A stretch of DNA of 12,350 nt from Archangium sp. (GTDB lineage Bacteria; Myxococcota; Myxococcia; Myxococcales; Myxococcaceae): contig JANLPS010000380.1 in NCBI GenBank assembly GCA_031367385.1, positions 1-12,350 of the forward strand, written 5' to 3'. The position numbers and the translations under genes were made by a program. Of the stretch, positions 1-9,294 are shown one piece after another. A model generated the notes under the pieces. The model saw only the letters and a list, made by a program, of their open reading frames with translations, was not told the DNA's origin and searched no databases. The first letter of the stretch is position 1, and every line of letters begins with the position of its first letter.

Positions 1-567
1 CGTGGCGATTCGCTCACCGGTGAGATCGAGCGCTTCGAAGGCCCCTACTACCTCGGCATGCTGCTGGTGCTCTCGCCGCTGGTGCTGCCGTTGCCACTGC
101 CGGGCAACGGCGTCGCTCCGCTCAACGTGGTGCCGGTCGACTTCGTGGTGGCCGCGACCTGGGCGTTGGCCAAGCGGCCCGAAGCGGTGGGCCGCACGGT
201 GCATCTGGTCGACCCGAACCCGATGAGCGCGCGGCGGGTGTACGAGCTCATCGCCGAGCGTTCGAACCGCAAGCTGCCGAGGTTCAACTTGTCGGCCCGT
301 GCGGCTGACGTGGTGCTGCGCATACCCGGCATCGAGAAGCTGGCCCGGCCGCAGCGCGCGGCGATCAGCTACGTGAATCACCTCGCCCTCTACAACTGCC
401 ACACTGCGCTCGAGCTGCTCGACGGCACGGGGGTCAGGTGCCCTCCGCTGCAGACCTACCTCGACAAGCTGGTCGACTACGCCATCACCGCGTGGAAGCG
501 GCGAGGCGCAGAGAGCCGCCAGGCCGAGGTCGATGACCCGCTCGATCGCCCCGCGAGCTTGAAGTGA
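1..567 (+). CDS. Extended SDR / male-sterility (NAD_binding_4) family oxidoreductase, acyl-CoA reductase-like; 5'-partial
   Basis: Frame 1 is open from base 1 (RGDSLTGEIERFEGPYYLGM...) and continues into ORF 58..567. The motifs GDSxTGE..FEGPY, LNVVPVDFV and GRTVHLVDPNP are typical of the C-terminal half of this family. The start lies upstream of the window. Confidence 0.8.
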   Translation, partial: RGDSLTGEIERFEGPYYLGMLLVLSPLVLPLPLPGNGVAPLNVVPVDFVVAATWALAKRPEAVGRTVHLVDPNPMSARRVYELIAERSNRKLPRFNLSARAADVVLRIPGIEKLARPQRAAISYVNHLALYNCHTALELLDGTGVRCPPLQTYLDKLVDYAITAWKRRGAESRQAEVDDPLDRPASLK

Positions 568-956
568 GCAAGACCTACGCGGTCGGTGACACCTTCACCC
601 TCGTGCGCGAATGCGATCGCTACCGGCCGATCTACTACGCCGCTGCGTCGGGCGACTTCAACCCGATTCACATCGATGCCGAGCTCGCGGCCGCAGCCGG
701 GTTTGGCGGCACGATTCTGCACGGGCTGTGCACCTATGGCTGGGCCACCGAGTGCTTCATCAACTACCTGGGTGACCCTGGCCGAGTGAAACGCGTGAAA
801 GTGCGCTTCTCGAAGCCGGTGGCCATCGGCGACACCATCACCTTTGTCGGTACCGTCACCTCCATCGAAGCTGGCATCGTCAGCGCCGAGCTGACCGCGA
901 AGAACCAACGCGGCGAAGACGTGCTCAAGGGCTCTTTGCTCGAGGGGCGGGTCTGA
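564..956 (+). CDS. MaoC/hotdog-fold (R)-specific dehydratase, catalytic (HadB-like) subunit
   Basis: Hydratase-2 motif YAAASGDFNPIHID (catalytic Asp/His), followed by ILHGL and VRFSKPVAIGDTI. The GTG start overlaps the upstream TGA (GTGA, 564-567). Confidence 0.9.
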   Translation: MSKTYAVGDTFTLVRECDRYRPIYYAAASGDFNPIHIDAELAAAAGFGGTILHGLCTYGWATECFINYLGDPGRVKRVKVRFSKPVAIGDTITFVGTVTSIEAGIVSAELTAKNQRGEDVLKGSLLEGRV

Positions 957-1441
957 TGGCGATCAACTCCGCGGTGATCGGGCGCACGTATGGGCCATTC
1001 AGCTACGTGGTCGGCCTCGAAAAGATTCGTGAATTCGCCTTCGCGGTCGGAGGCACCGTGCCATCGACCGGCTTCTTGAGCTTCGGTGCTCCCGAAGGCA
1101 TGCACCCGCTGCTCCATGATCTCGCCGCCGGCAAAGCCAGCCCGTACGAGAGCATCGTGGCGATGCCGAACTTCGCCGTGGTCTTCGCCGCTGTGCCGTT
1201 TGGCATGGCGTGCGCGGAGCCCGACCTGGGCGTCGACTTGATGTTGCTGGTGCACGGCGAGCAAGATCTCGAGTGGTCGACGGTGATCAAGCCCGGCGAT
1301 CAGATGGCCACCACCGGCGTCATCACCGAGGCCTACTCGAAGTCGGGCAAAGACTTTCTGGTCGTCACCAGCCAAAGCCACAATCAGCGCGGCGAGCTGG
1401 TCGTCACCGGCAGGTGGACAGCAGTGATTCGCGGGGGGTAG
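956..1441 (+). CDS. MaoC-N-terminal/FAS1-like dehydratase domain protein (HadA-like, non-catalytic partner)
   Basis: Carries KIREFAFAVG, VAMPNF, LVHGEQDLEW..IKPGD and NQRGELV motifs, but lacks the SGDxNPIH motif. The start overlaps the upstream stop (TGATG, 954-958). Confidence 0.85.
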   Translation: MAINSAVIGRTYGPFSYVVGLEKIREFAFAVGGTVPSTGFLSFGAPEGMHPLLHDLAAGKASPYESIVAMPNFAVVFAAVPFGMACAEPDLGVDLMLLVHGEQDLEWSTVIKPGDQMATTGVITEAYSKSGKDFLVVTSQSHNQRGELVVTGRWTAVIRGG

Positions 1442-1585
1442 CTGAATATCGGCTCGCTCGGAGCGGTTACCCTTGCTGGGCGCCTCGCGGCTCTGAAGAC
1501 CCTCGATTTCGTTGGGGTTTGGGTATTCAGGCGGTTGGGGCAGGGTCTAGACATCGCGCCCGAGGGTGTGAAACAGAGTGTGCAC

Positions 1586-2245
1586 ATGAGCTCCGTCGGC
1601 AAACCCACTGGGTCGAAGCGAGTCGCAGGGCTCATCGAAGCCGGGTTGTGGCTGCAGGTCGCTGGAGATCTCAAGGGCGCGCAGGCCATCTTTCAGCAAG
1701 CCCTCGAGCTCGACCCCGGCAACGTGCGCGCGAAGCAGCTGTGCGCCTCGCTCGCGACCAAAGGCAGCACCGAGGCGAAGTTCGCTTCGCCGCCCCAGAC
1801 GGTCACGCCGGTGCCGACGCCCTCGCGGCCGAATGACCAGACGATTTTGCACCAGCCCACCCGCGCCCAGATGACGGTCGAAGACATCTTGCGCGAGGCT
1901 CGCCGCCTGCAGACGCGCGGCGAGCTCGATCGCGCGTGCGGTTTGGTGCTCCGCGCGCTGGTGCTCGACAAGCATTCGCTCGAAGCGCACGAATTCGCCT
2001 ACGAGTTGATGTGTCAGCAGGGCCGTGACGACGTCGCGGCAGTCGAGCTGGTTCACGTGGTGAAAGAGTGCATGTCTCGCGGCGAGGTCATTCGCGCCCG
2101 CAGATACCTGCCCGCCCTCAGCCGTCTGCGCGCGCTCGACCCGAAGACCGATGGTCTGGCCGCCAAGCTCTTGGGCGACGCCGATGACACCTGGCCGCCG
2201 TCGAAGGCCAAGGCGGGTCACGGCGACTCGAAGCGGGCACGCTGA
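1586..2245 (+). CDS. Hypothetical TPR-like protein, paralog of the 2346..3842 product
   Basis: Has TPR-like segments (AQAIFQQALELDPGNVRA; ILREARRL...LVLRALVLD) separated by a Pro/Thr linker. The N-terminal 42 aa are 24/42 identical to the N-terminus of the convergent gene product. ATG 1586 is preferred over TTG 1535 because it sits just before the shared domain. Confidence 0.7.
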   Translation: MSSVGKPTGSKRVAGLIEAGLWLQVAGDLKGAQAIFQQALELDPGNVRAKQLCASLATKGSTEAKFASPPQTVTPVPTPSRPNDQTILHQPTRAQMTVEDILREARRLQTRGELDRACGLVLRALVLDKHSLEAHEFAYELMCQQGRDDVAAVELVHVVKECMSRGEVIRARRYLPALSRLRALDPKTDGLAAKLLGDADDTWPPSKAKAGHGDSKRAR

Positions 2246-2345
2246 GGCATCTGTCGTACAAATATGTCCAGACAGTCGGGACATTTCTGTAACTCTACCG
2301 GTTACATCGACGACCCCCCGGCTGCGGCACGCCACCCGAGCTTTC

Positions 2346-3842
2346 TTAGCCTCGGCTGATCACGCCTTCGTCGATCAACTGCGCAATGATTCTCGCCGTG
2401 TCGAGGCGCGACATGCCCGACACCGCGAACACGTCATCGAATGAGACCGAGCCGTCGATCTGCGCCAGCACGAAGCCGGCGCGGTGATCGAGGTTCAGCC
2501 AGATGATCTCGTCGTCTTTGAGCAGCACCCGCGGCACCGCATTCATGTTGCCCAGCTTCGACTCGAACATCGCCAGCAACGTGCGCTCGCTGCGATCTCG
2601 AAGCGCCTGCACCTCGGCGTCGTCGGGCGCGATCGTCTGGGCCTTCAAGATGAGCTCGACCGCTCCAGTGTGATCGTCGAGATCGAGCAGGTCGCGGGCG
2701 CCGCGAAGCAACGCGCGCACCTCGGCCGCCAAACGCGTACCCGTGTTCGAGGGAGAGCTGACCACCGGCACATCGGTGCCCACCAGCTCCAATGCCTTGC
2801 CCTCGCCCACCACGTTGCCGAGGCTGATGCCCGGGTTCGACTTCGCGTCCCACGCGGTCTTCTGCTCGAAGCCGGGTGATGGAGGCGACGCCAGAGGCGC
2901 GTTCGCCGGCCAGGGGGCCGCAGTGCCTTGAATCGAGCTCGCCGACGAAGCGCTGTGCGCCGAGCTCGCGTGCGGGCCGGCCCAGTTCCACGCGGAGTCG
3001 GAGGACCTGGGGGGCGAGGCCCCCGGAGGCAGTGGCGGGCTCGAGGCCGGCGGAGGCATCTGACCCGCGCTCACTGGAGGCGATGAGCGGGGCGGCGAGG
3101 CCGGCGCGGGGTCACCCGAGAGGCGAATGGTGTTCGGCGGTTCGACGATCGGCGCGCCTGCGTACAGCGGCGGCGTGAACGCTGGCACCAACGGCGGCGG
3201 CGTGCCGCTGAGCACCACGCTGCGCGGCGTCTGCTCGAACTGTGGCGGTGTGGCCCGAGGCACCGGAGAATGCGACGAGCTCATGAAAACTGGAGGCGTC
3301 GGCTGAATCGGCGTCGGCGGCTCGGGCGGGGTCTCACCCAACACCACCGTCACTCCGCCGGGTGGTCGGGTCATCACCACCGGCGCGATCGCTGGGGCCG
3401 GTGAAGACTGCCCCTGCGGCGCGGTACCGAATGAATCGGTGTCGCTCCAAACCTCTTCGGCCGTCGGCGCCTGGCTGTCAGAGCTCACCACCATCGACGG
3501 CACCGGCGAGACGGTGGGCGCGATGGCGGGCGGCTGAAACGGCGCTGGAGACTCGAAGCCGGTCGCCATGCCCCAGTCAGCCGCGTCAACGGGCACGGTG
3601 CCCGGCACGGTGATCGACTCGTTGCGCGAAAAAGGGTTGGTGATGCCCGAAGGTTGCGAGGCCAGCACGGAGGGGACCACCGGCTGCGAATCAGCCGAGC
3701 CATCGAGCAGGGTACGGGCCTTTTCGTTCTCGGGGTCGAGCTTGAGCGCCCGCTCGAACAGCTTCTGCGCGCCGTCGAGGTCTCCCGACAGCTTCAGCCA
3801 GAGGCCTGCATCAATGAGCTGTGCCGCCCGCTCCTTCGACAT
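2346..3842 (-). CDS. TPR / long Pro-Ser-rich linker / TPR / C-terminal winged-helix-like domain protein
   Basis: 498 aa ORF with an N-terminal TPR (AQKLFERALKLDPENEKA), roughly 300 aa of low-complexity P/S/A linker, a second TPR (LLRGARDLL...KAQTIAPDD) and a compact C-terminal domain (LDHRAGFVLAQIDG...ARIIAQLIDEGVI). It begins 29 bp after the dnaK-like stop, with a purine-rich GGGGAAG upstream. Confidence 0.8.
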   Translation of the reverse strand: MSKERAAQLIDAGLWLKLSGDLDGAQKLFERALKLDPENEKARTLLDGSADSQPVVPSVLASQPSGITNPFSRNESITVPGTVPVDAADWGMATGFESPAPFQPPAIAPTVSPVPSMVVSSDSQAPTAEEVWSDTDSFGTAPQGQSSPAPAIAPVVMTRPPGGVTVVLGETPPEPPTPIQPTPPVFMSSSHSPVPRATPPQFEQTPRSVVLSGTPPPLVPAFTPPLYAGAPIVEPPNTIRLSGDPAPASPPRSSPPVSAGQMPPPASSPPLPPGASPPRSSDSAWNWAGPHASSAHSASSASSIQGTAAPWPANAPLASPPSPGFEQKTAWDAKSNPGISLGNVVGEGKALELVGTDVPVVSSPSNTGTRLAAEVRALLRGARDLLDLDDHTGAVELILKAQTIAPDDAEVQALRDRSERTLLAMFESKLGNMNAVPRVLLKDDEIIWLNLDHRAGFVLAQIDGSVSFDDVFAVSGMSRLDTARIIAQLIDEGVISRG

Positions 3843-3871
3843 CCAGTAGTCACTTCCCCGTCGAATTTTTT

Positions 3872-5707
3872 TTAACTGATTCGCTGCAACACGCCTTTGA
3901 ACAGCGTCATCGTCTTGGTCAACGTATCGAGGCTCTCGTTCACCTTCGCCAGGCTTTGCCCTGCCGCCGCGCCCTTGGCCACTTCGAGCGCCTTGTTCGC
4001 CTTGGTCACCGCGTCTGAGCCGAACTCCGAGCCCGCAGTCGCCTTCTGCAGCTGCGGTATCAGCTCAGTGACCTCTTTCATCAGCGCGGCCAGGTCGGCC
4101 TTGCGCTTGCCGAGCTCTTCACCGGTCTTGGCCTCGAGCATCATGTCTGACTGATCTTCGAGAATCTGCTTGAGCTCAGACTCGGTCAGGCCACCCGACG
4201 CGGTCACCTGAATCGACTGCTGCTGACCCGTCTCTTTGTCGCGCGCGGCGACCGAGACGATGCCTTCGGAGTTGATCTCGAAGGTCACGTCGACCTCGAT
4301 CTCTCCCCGCTTCGACTGGCGCAGCCCGGTCAAGATGAACTCGCCGAGCAGCTCATTCTGGTGCGCAACCTCGCTCTCGCCCTGCAGCACCATGATCTTG
4401 ACCGTGGTCTGCCCATCTTTCGAGGTGGTGAACACCTCGGTCACCGAGGTCGGCACGGTGGTGTTGCGAGGTATCAGCCGTCGTACATACCCACCAGCGA
4501 TCGCCACGCCGAGGCTCTGCGGCGTCACGTCGAGCAAGACCACTTCACTGTCTTCGGTGGTCAGCGCGTCGGCCTGCACCGCCGCTCCCAGCGCGACGAC
4601 CTCGTCGGGGTGCACGCCCTTGCACGGGTCGCGGCGAAAATACGCTTTCACCAGCTCTTGAATCTTGGGCATGCGGGTCATGCCGCCCACCAGAATCATC
4701 TCTTTGAGGTCGGTGACCTTGACCTTCGCATCGCTGAGCACCTGCTCGCAGATCGTCACACAGCGCGAGCCCAGATCGCCGCACAGCTCTTCGAGCTTCT
4801 CGCGGGTCAGGGTCTTCTGCAGGTGCAACGCCGAGCCCCCGCCGACCGGAGTCGAGATGAAGGGCAAATTGAGCTGCGTCTCTTTGCTGCTCGACAGCTC
4901 GATCTTCGCCTTCTCAGCGCCGTCTTTGAGGCGCTGCAGGGCCATTCGATCGCCTCGCAAGTCGATGCCGTGCTCTTTGACGAAGTCGAAGACCAGCCAC
5001 TCGATGATGCGGTTGTCGAAATCTTCGCCGCCCAGGTAAGTGTCGCCGCCGGTGCCGATGACGTCGAACACGCCAGTGCCGACCTCGAGCACCGAGACGT
5101 CGAAGGTGCCTCCGCCCAGGTCGAAGACCGCGATCTTGCCGTTGACGGCCTTGCCGAACCCGTAGGCCAACGCGGCGGCGGTCGGCTCGTTGATGATGCG
5201 GAGCACGTCGAGCCCGGCGATGCGCCCGGCGTCTTTGGTGGCCTGGCGTTGCCCGTCATTGAAGTACGCGGGTACGGTGATCACCGCTTTCTTCACCGGC
5301 CGGCCGAAGAACGCCTCGGCGTCGAGCTTGAGCTCTTTGAGCACCATCGCCGACAGCTCGGGCAGCGAGTAGTCGGTCGGGCCCATCTTGATGCGAATGT
5401 CGTCGTGCTCGCCGGTGACGACCTGGTACGGCAGCACCTTCATCGCGTCTTGGGTCTGCTTTGCCGAAAACTTTCGGCCGATCAACCGCTTCGAGGCGTA
5501 GACGGTGTCGGTCGGGTTGGTGATGGCCTGGCGTTTGGCGATCTGGCCGACCAGCAATTTGCCACTCTTGGCGAGCGCGATGATCGACGGCAGCAAGTTC
5601 GAGCCAGACCGCCCACGAATGACGGTAGGCGTGCCCGACTGCACGGTCGCGACAACGCTGTTGGTAGTGCCCAGGTCAATGCCAATGACGGGCTCACGCT
5701 CGGCCAT
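3872..5707 (-). CDS. dnaK: Hsp70/DnaK-family chaperone (divergent paralog)
   Basis: Hsp70 signatures [43 protein letters not shown] and LVGGMTRMP, plus the interdomain linker VVLLDVTP. The lid and C-terminus are divergent. Confidence 0.95.
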   Translation of the reverse strand: MAEREPVIGIDLGTTNSVVATVQSGTPTVIRGRSGSNLLPSIIALAKSGKLLVGQIAKRQAITNPTDTVYASKRLIGRKFSAKQTQDAMKVLPYQVVTGEHDDIRIKMGPTDYSLPELSAMVLKELKLDAEAFFGRPVKKAVITVPAYFNDGQRQATKDAGRIAGLDVLRIINEPTAAALAYGFGKAVNGKIAVFDLGGGTFDVSVLEVGTGVFDVIGTGGDTYLGGEDFDNRIIEWLVFDFVKEHGIDLRGDRMALQRLKDGAEKAKIELSSSKETQLNLPFISTPVGGGSALHLQKTLTREKLEELCGDLGSRCVTICEQVLSDAKVKVTDLKEMILVGGMTRMPKIQELVKAYFRRDPCKGVHPDEVVALGAAVQADALTTEDSEVVLLDVTPQSLGVAIAGGYVRRLIPRNTTVPTSVTEVFTTSKDGQTTVKIMVLQGESEVAHQNELLGEFILTGLRQSKRGEIEVDVTFEINSEGIVSVAARDKETGQQQSIQVTASGGLTESELKQILEDQSDMMLEAKTGEELGKRKADLAALMKEVTELIPQLQKATAGSEFGSDAVTKANKALEVAKGAAAGQSLAKVNESLDTLTKTMTLFKGVLQRIS

Positions 5708-5718
5708 TGCGCTCGAAC

Positions 5719-6663
5719 CTAGAACGGCCAGCGCCGCTTCGCGTGTTTTTTGACATCGGGGTGGTCGGGATCAAGGCGAACGGCCTCCTCGTAGTGCTTC
5801 TTGGCCATGGCCTTCATACCGGCGGCCTCGAGCAGCCGGCCGAGCAGAACCCGGTACTCGGCGTTGTTCGGCATCGCGTCGACGGCCTTTTGGGCGAAAG
5901 TAGAGGCCTCCCGCGGGTCGTTGTGTCGCTTGTCGATCAAGGTCGCCGCCTTGACCGCGGCCTCGACGTTCTTCGGGTTCGAAGTCGCCGCCGATTTGAA
6001 CGCGGCGATGGCGATCTCGTCGTCGCCCCGCTCGAGCGCGTCTTTGCCCCGCTTGAGATCTTCTGTCGAGCGCAGGTCTTCGTTCTTCTTGCGCACATCG
6101 ACCAGCATGGTCTTGACCTCGACGTTGGTCGGGTCGAACTGCGTCGCGAGGTTCAGTTGGGTGAAGGCGTGAGAATACTCGCCGCGGCTGATGTGCGACT
6201 TGGCCCGTGAGACGAGCTCGGTGATCTTGCCCGCTTTGGCCATGTACGGGTGCTTCGAGAGACGCGCGCGCCGCTCGGCTTCACGGGCCAGCTCGTCTGA
6301 CGTCTTTGCCGCGGGAGCCGCCGGGGTCGTCGTCGGGTTCGCTGCCTTCACCGCCGCGCGAACGAACGGGTTCGACTCGAGGTACGCCTTGAGCTTCTCG
6401 GGGTCGGAGAGCGTCTGGTTGGCCTCGATCAGCCGCTTGAAGACCTTGTCGAGGCGGCCCTTGAACGTGCCGAGGTTCTTGCCGAAATACCGGTCAGGGT
6501 GAAATTTCTTCGAGAGCGCATGAAACGCATTGCGCACCTCGTCGAGGGGCGCGCCCGAGGGCACTCCGAGAAATTCGTAGTGGTTGGTCGTGCCGACCTT
6601 GGCCTCGAGGGCTTCGATCTCCCGTTGCCGTTCGGGGTCGATGTCGATGTTCTCTTCAACCAC
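5719..6663 (-). CDS. J-domain (class C DnaJ-like) protein with C-terminal TPR repeats
   Basis: J domain NHYEFLGV...[13 protein letters not shown]...[11 protein letters not shown] with an intact HPD. Several TPR-like repeats follow ([31 protein letters not shown]). No G/F region or Zn finger. GTG start. Confidence 0.9.
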   Translation of the reverse strand: MVEENIDIDPERQREIEALEAKVGTTNHYEFLGVPSGAPLDEVRNAFHALSKKFHPDRYFGKNLGTFKGRLDKVFKRLIEANQTLSDPEKLKAYLESNPFVRAAVKAANPTTTPAAPAAKTSDELAREAERRARLSKHPYMAKAGKITELVSRAKSHISRGEYSHAFTQLNLATQFDPTNVEVKTMLVDVRKKNEDLRSTEDLKRGKDALERGDDEIAIAAFKSAATSNPKNVEAAVKAATLIDKRHNDPREASTFAQKAVDAMPNNAEYRVLLGRLLEAAGMKAMAKKHYEEAVRLDPDHPDVKKHAKRRWPF

Positions 6664-6689
6664 GGGAGCGCCTCAACAGGCCCGAGATG

Positions 6690-7922
6690 TCACAGCGAAC
6701 GCTCGAAAATCGCAAGGCCCTCTGCCAGCTGCTCGCGTGTGGAAATGTACGCAGGCGCGAAGCGAATCGTCTTCTCGCCAGCCAGGTTGAGCAGCAGGCC
6801 GCTTTGCCGACACCGCGCGACGACGTCTGCGGCCCCGGTGTCGACCTCGATGCCGAAGAGCAAGCCTCTGCCGCGAATCGCTTTGACCCGCTCGGGCTTG
6901 CGCGACATCAGCGCGGTGCCGAGCTCATGGAGGTAGAGGCCCTTGGCGGTGATCTGCTCGAGCATCTGGGGGGCGGTCGCCAGATCCCACGTGGCGCAGG
7001 CGGCGGCGGCGCAGACCGGGTTACCGCCAAAGGTCGAGCCGTGCGTACCCGAGGGCAACGCTTTGCCGACCAGATCGCTGCACACCATCGCGCCGATCGG
7101 CAGGCCATTGCCCAGTGACTTGGCCAGCGAGAACGCGTCGGGCACGACGCCCTCGTGCTGAAACGCGAACGGCTTGCCGGTGCGCCCGATGCCGGTCTGC
7201 ACCTCGTCAATCAGCAGCAGCAGCCCTCGCTCGTCGCACAGCGCACGCAGGGCCTTCAAGAAACCCGGAGGCGCCAGCCGCACACCGCCCTCCCCCTGAA
7301 TCGGCTCGATCAGAATCGCGCCGGTTTTCTCGGTGACGAGCTTCTTCACCGCCTCGAGGTCGCCCATCGGCGCGTAGACGAAGCCGGCCGGCAAGGGCTC
7401 GAAGCCCGCGTGGTACTTGGGCTGCGCGGTCGCGGTGACGGTGGCCAGGGTGCGCCCGTGAAAGCCGCCCTCGAAGGTGATGATCTCGAACTTGCCCTTC
7501 TCGTGCTGGTGGCGGCGAGCGAGCTTGATCAAAGCCTCGTTCGCCTCTGCGCCTGAGTTGCAGAAGAAGGCGCGGGCGCCGGGCAAGCCGCTGGCGGCAG
7601 TGAGCCGCTCGGCGAGCCGAATCTGCGGCTCGGAGTAAAAGACGTTCGAGCAATGCCAGAGCTGATCGAGCTGGGCCTTGGCCGCGGCGACAACCACCGG
7701 GTGGCAGTGACCGAGCGCGACGGTGGCGATGCCGCCGATGAGGTCCAAGTACCTTCGCCCCTCGGCGTCGTACACATACACACCTTCACCCCGCTCGAGC
7801 ACGACGGGTTGCTGCTTGTAGTTCTGCAGCAGGTTCAGCTTGGCGCTCTCGATGTACGCCTCGGTCTTGGTTGGAGAGACCGCCTGAGAAACCGCCGCCA
7901 TCGTCACTTTGATCGGGTTCAT
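6690..7922 (-). CDS. argD: Acetylornithine/succinylornithine aminotransferase (class III PLP-dependent)
   Basis: Motifs YLDLIGGIA...LGHCHP, FFCNSGAEANEA, FHGRT, EPIQGEGG, DEVQTG, SLAKSLG (PLP Lys) and HGSTFGGNP. An alternative ATG start lies at 7901. Confidence 0.88.
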   Translation of the reverse strand: MNPIKVTMAAVSQAVSPTKTEAYIESAKLNLLQNYKQQPVVLERGEGVYVYDAEGRRYLDLIGGIATVALGHCHPVVVAAAKAQLDQLWHCSNVFYSEPQIRLAERLTAASGLPGARAFFCNSGAEANEALIKLARRHQHEKGKFEIITFEGGFHGRTLATVTATAQPKYHAGFEPLPAGFVYAPMGDLEAVKKLVTEKTGAILIEPIQGEGGVRLAPPGFLKALRALCDERGLLLLIDEVQTGIGRTGKPFAFQHEGVVPDAFSLAKSLGNGLPIGAMVCSDLVGKALPSGTHGSTFGGNPVCAAAACATWDLATAPQMLEQITAKGLYLHELGTALMSRKPERVKAIRGRGLLFGIEVDTGAADVVARCRQSGLLLNLAGEKTIRFAPAYISTREQLAEGLAIFERSL

Positions 7923-7929
7923 GTTGGGT

Positions 7930-9291
<1,362 letters not shown>

Positions 9292-9294
9292 AAT

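Noticed and set aside
1441..1530. Resemblance to a tRNA cloverleaf, the ydaO/c-di-AMP riboswitch start (GCTGAAT...GGAGCGG) or a hammerhead core (CTGAAGA)
   Set aside because: There is no TTCRA T-loop or CCA arrangement, the downstream ydaO consensus is absent, and no GAAA follows the hammerhead-like stem. It is kept only as an unclassified structure.
2257..2306. Possible dif site, given the nearby xerC
   Set aside because: No XerD arm (TTATGTTAAAT-like) and no 11-6-11 architecture.
1547..2335. 262 aa - strand ORF overlapping the small TPR gene
   Set aside because: The + strand frame is supported by clear paralogy to the neighbouring protein. This frame has no recognisable features.
2331..2340. 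10-mer GCCACCCGAG whose reverse complement occurs at 9864-9873, both intergenic
   Set aside because: The match does not extend beyond 10 bp and is plausible by chance in GC-rich DNA.
4361..5722. 453 aa + strand ORF antisense to dnaK
   Set aside because: Long antisense ORFs opposite dnaK and other GC-rich genes are a known codon-bias shadow. It has no recognisable motifs.
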